DNA of 64,000 nucleotides from an uncultured bacterium. Lineage in GTDB: Bacteria; UBA8481. Below the pieces are notes generated by a model. The model was not told where the DNA came from and did not search any database. It worked only from the letters and a program-made list of their open reading frames with translations. How positions within the stretch are numbered: the first letter of the stretch is position 1; the number at the start of each line of letters is the position of its first letter. Made by a program: the position numbers and the translations under genes. This document shows positions 47,896-55,285 of the stretch, piece after piece. Where the stretch lies: the NCBI GenBank assembly GCA_964499705.1, contig CAZCME010000017.1:1-64000 (forward strand), given 5' to 3'.

Positions 47896-50064
47896 ATGCC
47901 GCTCTTTTCAATCTCGATCTTCCTCGGCTCGTTTCTTCTCTTCGTGGTCCAGCCCATGGCCTCGAAGATGCTGCTCCCGTCTTACGGAGGCAGCGCTTCG
48001 GTCTGGTTGACGTGCATGGTCTTTTTTCAGGCGATGCTCGTCGCGGGCTATGGATATGTTCACGTGACGACGAGAAGGCTCTCGGCGTCGCGGCAAAAAA
48101 CCGTCCATTTTTTCTTGTGGATCGCGGCCTTGTTCTTTCTGCCGATCCACCCTTCCGCCGAAGGCGAGATCCAGGCAGGCGCACCCGCCTTTGCCATTCT
48201 GCGCGAGTTGACGAGAACCACGGCCGTCCCCTTCATCGCTCTCGCGGCCACCGCGCCACTCCTCCAGCGATGGCTCGGCGCTTCGACTCTCAAGGGGGCG
48301 GACAATCCTTATCCTCTCTATTCGGTCAGCAATATCGGAAGTCTCCTGGGACTATTCGCCTATCCGTTCATCGTCGAACCCTGGTTCGCTTTCTCGGAGC
48401 AGGCGCGCCTCTTCGCGTCAATGTTCGCGTTCGCCGGCATCCTTGTGGCGGGCTGCGCGATGATTTCGTCGCTGCGAGGCGAGGCGGCGGTCGCACAGGA
48501 GGAACCCGCTCTCATTTCAAGAGTGTCCCGGTTGCGATGGCTCGTGCTCTCATTCGTACCGTCGAGCCTTCTTCTGGGAGTGACGAGCGTCATCACCACC
48601 GACATCGCCGCAATCCCGCTCATCTGGGTCATCCCGCTGGGAATCTATCTCGTTACCTTCGTTCTCGCGTTCGCGCGACGGCCGGTCCTTTCCTACCTGC
48701 ATGCGGCACGCCTCGCGGCGCCGGCGATCCTCCTGGTCACGGCATGGACCGCGTCGAACGCGATCGCCTCCACGTTGACCGTCGTTCCATTTCTCCTTTA
48801 TCTCGCGCTGCTCTTTCTCGTCGGGCTCTCGTGCCACGGAGAATTGGCGTCGCTGGCGCCGGGGAGAACCCTGATGACGGAGTATTACCTGTGGATCTCG
48901 CTGGGCGGAATGCTGGGCGGCGTCTTCAATTCTCTCCTCGCTCCGATTCTCTTCGATCGCATCGTGGAGTTACCGCTCGTTATTGTCGCGTCGGCTTTTC
49001 TCGCCGCCAAGGCGGCGGCGGGCAGCGAGAGAAGGATGAGATTTTCCGACCTTGCGATCCCATTCACGATCATTCTCCTTTTTCTACCGTGGAATCTCGC
49101 GGTCCGAGCGTGTCGCTCCATCTTCGAGGAGAGAACCACATTCGTCGTCATGGCCGTCCCCGCTGCATTAGGCCTAGCGCTCGTCCGAAAACCTCTCGGC
49201 TTTGCCGCCGGGGTCGCGGTCGTGCTCTCTTTCGGCGCGATCTTCGGATCCGAGGGAAGCGTCATTCATCGCTCCCGGAGTTTTTTCGGCATCTCGAAAG
49301 TACTCAGGCTGGAAAATCCGGTGATGCACGTCTTTCAGCACGGGACGACGATCCACGGGAGGCAGAGATTCGATCGGGGAATGATAGACACAGCGCTCTC
49401 GTATTACCATCCGTCCGGACCGATCGGAATGCTTTTCACGGATTTCGCGGACCGGGACACAATCTCGCGTGTCGCCGTCGTCGGGCTCGGTGTAGGAACC
49501 CTTGCCGCCTACGCGGATGAAGGCCGGCGTATGGATTTTTACGAGATCGATCCGTCGATCGAACGCATCGCCCGCGACCCGGATCTCTTTCAGTATCTTG
49601 CTCGCTCGCGCGGAACGATCAGCGTCACGATCGGCGACGGCCGTCTGGCGCTGCGCGATTCCCGCGATTCCTACGGGCTCATCATTCTCGACGCCTTCAG
49701 CTCCGACGCTGTCCCGGTTCACCTCCTCACGAAAGAAGCCGTGGGCTGCTATGTGGAACATCTGACCGATTCGGGCATCCTCGTCTTCAACATTTCGAAC
49801 CGCTATCTCGACCTCGCTCCCGTTCTCGCAGGCATCGCCGCGGCATATCGCCTGGACGGTTATACCTGCAGCGACGTGAGAGACGCCCGCATGGAGCGGG
49901 AAGGGTACTCCTCGGCGGCCTGGTTCGTGATGGCGAGACCGTCGGCGATGCTCGGCCGGTTGAAAGAGCGCGCGCCGAACTGGACGCCGGCGGTCGCGGA
50001 CACCCGGATGAGAATCTGGACCGACGAATATTCGCCGATCACGTCGATCTGCAGGTGGATGTAG
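47896..50064 (+). CDS. Fused MFS-like membrane domain / spermidine-synthase-like SAM-dependent transferase
   Basis: FLLFVVQPM and FFQAML in ~12 TM helices; then HGTTIHG, VGLGVGTLA, YEIDP, GDGR, LDAFSSDAVP and WTDEYS motifs. Confidence 0.9.
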   Translation: MPLFSISIFLGSFLLFVVQPMASKMLLPSYGGSASVWLTCMVFFQAMLVAGYGYVHVTTRRLSASRQKTVHFFLWIAALFFLPIHPSAEGEIQAGAPAFAILRELTRTTAVPFIALAATAPLLQRWLGASTLKGADNPYPLYSVSNIGSLLGLFAYPFIVEPWFAFSEQARLFASMFAFAGILVAGCAMISSLRGEAAVAQEEPALISRVSRLRWLVLSFVPSSLLLGVTSVITTDIAAIPLIWVIPLGIYLVTFVLAFARRPVLSYLHAARLAAPAILLVTAWTASNAIASTLTVVPFLLYLALLFLVGLSCHGELASLAPGRTLMTEYYLWISLGGMLGGVFNSLLAPILFDRIVELPLVIVASAFLAAKAAAGSERRMRFSDLAIPFTIILLFLPWNLAVRACRSIFEERTTFVVMAVPAALGLALVRKPLGFAAGVAVVLSFGAIFGSEGSVIHRSRSFFGISKVLRLENPVMHVFQHGTTIHGRQRFDRGMIDTALSYYHPSGPIGMLFTDFADRDTISRVAVVGLGVGTLAAYADEGRRMDFYEIDPSIERIARDPDLFQYLARSRGTISVTIGDGRLALRDSRDSYGLIILDAFSSDAVPVHLLTKEAVGCYVEHLTDSGILVFNISNRYLDLAPVLAGIAAAYRLDGYTCSDVRDARMEREGYSSAAWFVMARPSAMLGRLKERAPNWTPAVADTRMRIWTDEYSPITSICRWM

Positions 50065-50100
50065 ATAATACGTAATACGTAATTGCTTTCTCAGATCATC

Positions 50101-50199
50101 GCCACCTCATCGTCCCGATCAAGACCCGGTGCGGACTGCTCATACTGTCGCTCTCCGTGACGGATGAGCAGGGCTGATCCGCTCTCTTATTTTTTCTCG
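50101..50199 (+). repeat. 99-bp direct repeat, copy 2 (orphan cheX 3' fragment plus stop of the sensor-HPt gene)
   Basis: Matches 44525-44623 at 95/99. Confidence 0.95.
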
Positions 50200-52067
50200 C
50201 TCCACGCCGCCTGCAGGCGCTTCAATCCCGCGAACAGCTCCGGAAGCGAATCCTCCAGGATGTCGCATCGGCTCCGGATTTCCTCCGCGTCGTTTTTCCG
50301 GGCCGCGGTCACAAGCGCGGCGGCGTGATCCGAAATGCTGGGAGCCTGGAAGTAGCAGAGCATGCCTTTCAGGGTGCGGGCGGCCTTGATTGCGGCCTCG
50401 GTATCGGTACCCGTCAAGCCGGCTCGTATGCGCGCGAGATGAGCCGCCGCATCGTCCCGGGAAGCGGTGACCAGGCGGTTCAGGAATCCCGGATCGCCGT
50501 CGAGCCGATCCCAGAGCGCCTCCTCGTCGATGAGGCCGCGGGTCGCGCCCGTCTGCGGAGCCGCGTGCGCGAAGTGCGCGGAATCCCGGGTCGCCGGTGT
50601 CGTTGTCGCTCGGGTGGCCGGAGCGGTCACGTCCTCAGCGGACCTGCCGACCGGCTGTGTCTCCGGCGGCGCGGTTGAAGACACCCGTTCCGGAGCGGCC
50701 ATTGTCGCCGCGGAAATTCCGGTTGTGCCTCGCGCCCTGTCGAGATCCCTTTTGACACGGTGAAGTTCCGCGCGACCGAGCGCCTGCGCGGCAAGATGCG
50801 AAACGCCGATCAGGAAGGTCTGTTCATCCGGGAGCCATTTCCTCGGGGTGCCCGCATGTTCCACGCCCAGAACTCTCGAGACGCCATCGTCGCCATGGAT
50901 CGGCACGTACATCAAGGCGCCGATACCGGCCGCGGCGAAATATCCCGACGGCATTTCCCTGGTCCTGACATCCGAGGATACATCGTCGATGACGAGGATA
51001 TCGCCGGCATTCAATGCATGGAAAAAAACCGGGTATTCGCCCACGACAAGCTGGGCGCCCAGCTCGTGCGTATCGGTCTGCAGCCGATACAGGTCTTCAC
51101 TGCTGAACAGGTCGCGCTTCCTTGAAAATCGCCACACGATGACGCGGGAACACTCGATCGTCCTCGCCAGCAATTCATTCACCTGCTTCAGATACTCCTG
51201 AACTCCCTCCGATCCGAATTCCCCGTTCCGCGCGAGAGCCTTCAACGCCGCCTGCTGTCGCACGTAACGCCGCTGGTTCTGCCGCATCTGGTCCTCGATC
51301 ACCTTGCGCCGTTCCGCCATCTTGTTGAAGGCTTCGCCGAGCGCGCCCAGCTCGTCGGTCGTCTTCACTTCGATCCTGTGTTCCAGTTCCCCCATTCCCA
51401 GCCGGACCGCGCCCTTCTTCAATCGCGCCAGTCCCTGCGTGACATACGTCGAGATCTTGTACGCCATGCCCGCCGCGAGGACCGCGGATACGATAAACGT
51501 GATGAACGCGATGCGGTCGTTCGTCTGCGACGCGGCATGGAAATTCTCCCTCGCCCGCGCGGCGCGCTCCTGTTCCTCCCGGACAAGCCGCGGAAGGAGC
51601 GTCTCGATGATGCTCTGCGAGAGCGGTTCCGCGGTGACGGAGAGCTCGGTGATGGCCGCGGTGGGCTCGCTGCTGAAATTCTCGATCACGAGGGTCCACG
51701 ACGCGAGCAGCTTGTCGCACTCCGCCAGGTCGGCGGCCAGTGAAGACGCGCCCGCGCCGCGAACGAGCACATTAAGCTTCGGCCGGATCTGGTGAAGCCG
51801 GTCCCCGAGCGCCAGGATCTCCGGCGGCGTCTCGACCACGGTCTCCATCGCCTGGGAGAAGACGCCCGAAAGGAGCGACAATTCGCGCTGGAAATCGTGG
51901 ATGTTCGTCTTCAGTTCGTTGATCGACTTTTCCTGTTCCAGCGCGCGGCCCAATTCCTCGAATCCGCGGTTGCGCTCCTCGCGGCCCATGACGAAGACGG
52001 TGATGTTGAGGGCGAAGAGCACCATGATGCCCAGGAACGTGAGCGCAAGGCGGCGTTGTATCGTCAC
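50187..52067 (-). CDS. Membrane sensor-HAMP-GAF protein with degenerate C-terminal HPt domain and no kinase
   Basis: Two TM helices around a helical sensor; HAMP DELGALGEAFN; GAF (IDDV..D.RT...RKWLPDEQTF); HPt-like IDEEAL..RLDGD...AARTLKG. Confidence 0.8.
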   Translation of the reverse strand: MTIQRRLALTFLGIMVLFALNITVFVMGREERNRGFEELGRALEQEKSINELKTNIHDFQRELSLLSGVFSQAMETVVETPPEILALGDRLHQIRPKLNVLVRGAGASSLAADLAECDKLLASWTLVIENFSSEPTAAITELSVTAEPLSQSIIETLLPRLVREEQERAARARENFHAASQTNDRIAFITFIVSAVLAAGMAYKISTYVTQGLARLKKGAVRLGMGELEHRIEVKTTDELGALGEAFNKMAERRKVIEDQMRQNQRRYVRQQAALKALARNGEFGSEGVQEYLKQVNELLARTIECSRVIVWRFSRKRDLFSSEDLYRLQTDTHELGAQLVVGEYPVFFHALNAGDILVIDDVSSDVRTREMPSGYFAAAGIGALMYVPIHGDDGVSRVLGVEHAGTPRKWLPDEQTFLIGVSHLAAQALGRAELHRVKRDLDRARGTTGISAATMAAPERVSSTAPPETQPVGRSAEDVTAPATRATTTPATRDSAHFAHAAPQTGATRGLIDEEALWDRLDGDPGFLNRLVTASRDDAAAHLARIRAGLTGTDTEAAIKAARTLKGMLCYFQAPSISDHAAALVTAARKNDAEEIRSRCDILEDSLPELFAGLKRLQAAWSEKK

Positions 52068-52474
52068 TCGCTCTTTGCTGTCAACCTTTCCAGCAGGGAC
52101 CGGACGATCGGAAAGATGATCGACGGATTATCGAGAATGAGCTTCCTGAAGTGGTCGTTGGAAATGGAGAGCGCGTTCACATCCTCGATGACCTCGATCG
52201 TGGCGTTCCTCTTTCCGCTCCCGAGGATCGCCATCTCCCCGAAATGCGCGGGCGGCGAGAGATCGACATCCTCGAGGCCGGAATAAACGCGCACCTTGCC
52301 GTTTTCGAGGATGAAGAGCTCCGACCCTTCCTCCCCCGCCCGCATGATGAGATCGCCCGCGGAAAATGTCACCTCGCGGCAGATCGCGCTGACGCGCCGC
52401 AGCTCGTCCGTCGTCAGGTCTCGGAAGAAAGGGACTTCCCTCAACAGGAGAATCTTCTCGAAGGTGGATAGCAT
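52064..52474 (-). CDS. Stand-alone cyclic-nucleotide-binding domain protein
   Basis: EKILLLREVPFF, GEEGSELFI and the phosphate-binding cassette FGEMAIL...RNAT; no HTH. Confidence 0.92.
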   Translation of the reverse strand: MLSTFEKILLLREVPFFRDLTTDELRRVSAICREVTFSAGDLIMRAGEEGSELFILENGKVRVYSGLEDVDLSPPAHFGEMAILGSGKRNATIEVIEDVNALSISNDHFRKLILDNPSIIFPIVRSLLERLTAKSE

Positions 52475-52477
52475 GGT

Positions 52478-55285
52478 CTAGGCCGCCCTGGCCGGCAGCA
52501 GCGACAGCGCTTCCAGAGCGAAGGGGTCACGAAGGAGCGAAGGCCGCAGCCGGGATTCCATCTCGCCTCTCGTGACGCGGAACGTCCGCGCATGCCTCCC
52601 CAGGTCGGACAACGCGACGGCGACGAGCCAGGGATCGCGATCCGAAGCCAGGCGCACAAGCACATCGCGGCATGTCTCCAGCCCGGCGCGATCCGCCGCG
52701 GAGGGCGACGATGACGGAGCGGGCTCGGTGTTTATCGCGGATGTCCAGCCTCTCAAGGACGCGAAGAGGTCGCGCAGTTCCTTCACGACGGCCGCATCGG
52801 CCACGCCCCCCGAGTTCTCGATTGTCTCCATCGCCCGGTCCACCGTTCCCTTCTCGTGCGAAATCAAACCTTGGTATACCGAGTCGAAAGCGTCAAGCGG
52901 CATGATGACGAGCGCCTTCCAGGCGAGAGATTTATCGACAAGCTGGAGCATCCTTTCCTTCAGGACGATCGCCGTCAGATTTTTATCGGAAGCGGTCGAG
53001 AGAAAAGCGGAAACCGCCGCGTAATCGGCGCGCGCCTGGTCCAGTGATCCCAGCAGATTCGCCGTGATCCGTTCTTCGTGCGCCGCCTTCGTCTTCGAAG
53101 GATCCAGGCTCTTCCACGTCGTACAGCACAGGAGAAACAGATCCGCCGGAAGCGCCGCGGTCGTCAACAGCGGCGCCAGTTCCTCGGCGCCGAGAAGCCG
53201 GCCCCGGCTTCCCATCCGCAGGACGATCTCCTGCTCCTGCTTCGGCAGTTCCCCGAAAGCCTCCCAGAGATCTCCGAACGTATCATGAGCCGGGATCCGC
53301 TCGAGAATTTTCAACGCGGTGCGCCGACGCGCGACATTATCCGTCCGGAACAGTTTCAAAAGCGTCGCCGCGAAAATGTCGTCGCGGCCATCCTCCAGTT
53401 TTTCCATGAGCATCAGCCATGCGTCGATGACATCGGGCTCTGAAAGAAACGACTCGAATTCCTTCATCAGTTTCCGCTCTTCCAGGTTCCGCACGATCTC
53501 CAGCGCCCACAACAGCTCATCCTTATCTCCCGAATGAATCGTCTCCTTCAGCTTGAGATGGCCCTTGTAGGCGAAATACTGGCTCGGGGAGAGGCAGAGG
53601 TGATAGAGCGCCGCGCGCTTCAGGCGGCGGCTGGATCCGGCGTCGCCCATCAGGTCCAGGGCCTGCTCCGAGATGAACGGTTCCATGAAATCGCCATGCA
53701 CCATGAACAGGGCCGATACCGATTCCTCGTCGGTCGACCGCAGGAGACTTTCGAGCCAGGGACGGTCCTTTTCGCGCATGCGGGCCCGCACGGTCTTCAC
53801 GATCGCGCCGCGCACGCGATCAGACGAGCGGGCGTGCAGTTCCGGCAGCCGGTCGATCACGCCGTCGGAGAGCACGTTCCGATATTCCTCGAAGAGGAGC
53901 ATCGCGACATCGTCGTCGGCCTTCTCCAGCGTGGCGATGTAATGGTCCGGATGAATATCGACCTCCATGACGCCGTGCGAAAACGAAGTGCTCTCCGAGA
54001 ATCCGGACCTCCCCTTGCCGATCTGCTCGATGAGGCAGGCGACGTATTTCCTGCGGAGGATGAACGCGGTGCAGATGAATGTGATGCCGAAGAAAACCGT
54101 GAGCATCGCGATGTCGCCGAGCCCGCCCGCGTCCTGCACGGCGAGAATGACAAGGCTCGCCACGATCGTCGTGACGGCCGCGATCGGGCCTTTCAGGAGC
54201 GACCGCATCCGGCTCCGTTCCTGCGGATGCAGCGCGTTCAGGAGAATGTCGACGAGCACCGTGAAAAAGCTTCCTTTCAGATAGCGCCGCGTGAAGGCTC
54301 CGGAGACGGCTGCCGGGAGCCCCGGCCAGCGCGCGAGAAAGAGGCCGGCGCCCGCGGTGCAGAGTGGAAAAATGAACGCGGCGTTTCCGGCGCCGATCTT
54401 CCGGACCAGTGGCGACAGGATGAGCGTTTGCAGCAGGAGCCCCGCCACGAAGGAAAGGCTGGTGAAAAGCCCGAGGAATCGCGCCAGCTCGGCGGGCGAG
54501 GAGTACACCTCGCCGAAGACGAACTGGCTCTGGAAATCCAGAAGCTGCGTCAGCACCGCGCCCAGGATCACGTAGACGCAGACGATCAGGAGAAAGGCCT
54601 GGGAAAAGAAGGTCCGGATCCGGAGATGCGTGCGGCGGAGGAATGTTCCGCGGGCATGCTCGGGTTTATCATCCGTCGGTTTCCAGATCTCGACGGCGGT
54701 GCCTCCGCGCTCGATGGCGGCGATGATGAAGGGCATCATGAGGAGTCCGAAGAGCCAGAGCGCAAGAGCATGCACGGGAGAAGTGACGCCCGAAATGAGC
54801 GTGACTCCCGCGCCGCCAATGGCGCCGCCCAGGCTTCCGCCCGCGGCGATCAGCGGAAAGTTCTTCTTGCTCTCGGAGAAATCGAAATGGCGCGACGCCA
54901 GGTTCCAGACCTGCGAGAAGATGACGAACGCGGCCAGCTCCGGAAGAATATACAGGAGAACCGTCGCCGCGCGGAAGTTCGCGGCGATCCCCGACCAGAC
55001 GAGGACGATCGCGGCCATGCAGGCGTACAGCGAGAAGCTCAGCAGTTTCATGGGCTCGATCCGCTGTTCCAGCTTCCGGAGAATGCGCTCCGCCGCGATC
55101 GCGACGAGGGCCACCAGCACGAAGGCATGCGGCAGGTATTTCGCTCCGTAAGTTTCGAGAAAGAGCGCCGTGCCGAGATTGGATCCGATGACGATGCCGG
55201 AAACGGCGAGGAGGTTCAGGATGAAGAAAAGGCGGGAGGCCATGACGCGGCGGGATGCATCGGACGCTTCTGCAGGCGCGGACAT
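52478..55285 (-). CDS. NTT/TLC-like (ADP/ATP carrier-like) MFS membrane domain fused to HEAT-like repeats
   Basis: ALFLETYGAKYLP, QVWNLA..FD..ESKK.FP.I..GGSLG, QLLDFQ and LARFLG in ~12 TM helices, followed by ~500 aa of helical repeats ending DRDPW. Confidence 0.8.
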   Translation of the reverse strand: MSAPAEASDASRRVMASRLFFILNLLAVSGIVIGSNLGTALFLETYGAKYLPHAFVLVALVAIAAERILRKLEQRIEPMKLLSFSLYACMAAIVLVWSGIAANFRAATVLLYILPELAAFVIFSQVWNLASRHFDFSESKKNFPLIAAGGSLGGAIGGAGVTLISGVTSPVHALALWLFGLLMMPFIIAAIERGGTAVEIWKPTDDKPEHARGTFLRRTHLRIRTFFSQAFLLIVCVYVILGAVLTQLLDFQSQFVFGEVYSSPAELARFLGLFTSLSFVAGLLLQTLILSPLVRKIGAGNAAFIFPLCTAGAGLFLARWPGLPAAVSGAFTRRYLKGSFFTVLVDILLNALHPQERSRMRSLLKGPIAAVTTIVASLVILAVQDAGGLGDIAMLTVFFGITFICTAFILRRKYVACLIEQIGKGRSGFSESTSFSHGVMEVDIHPDHYIATLEKADDDVAMLLFEEYRNVLSDGVIDRLPELHARSSDRVRGAIVKTVRARMREKDRPWLESLLRSTDEESVSALFMVHGDFMEPFISEQALDLMGDAGSSRRLKRAALYHLCLSPSQYFAYKGHLKLKETIHSGDKDELLWALEIVRNLEERKLMKEFESFLSEPDVIDAWLMLMEKLEDGRDDIFAATLLKLFRTDNVARRRTALKILERIPAHDTFGDLWEAFGELPKQEQEIVLRMGSRGRLLGAEELAPLLTTAALPADLFLLCCTTWKSLDPSKTKAAHEERITANLLGSLDQARADYAAVSAFLSTASDKNLTAIVLKERMLQLVDKSLAWKALVIMPLDAFDSVYQGLISHEKGTVDRAMETIENSGGVADAAVVKELRDLFASLRGWTSAINTEPAPSSSPSAADRAGLETCRDVLVRLASDRDPWLVAVALSDLGRHARTFRVTRGEMESRLRPSLLRDPFALEALSLLPARAA

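Larger units (their letters stand above)
44525..50199. mobile_element. Putative 5.5-kb integrated islet flanked by 99-bp direct repeats, no integrase
   Basis: The direct repeats duplicate the cheX 3' end; three co-oriented cargo genes lie between them. Confidence 0.6.

Noticed and set aside
44624-50100. Prophage or ICE interpretation of the islet
   Set aside because: No integrase, relaxase, phage structural or replication genes lie between the repeats.
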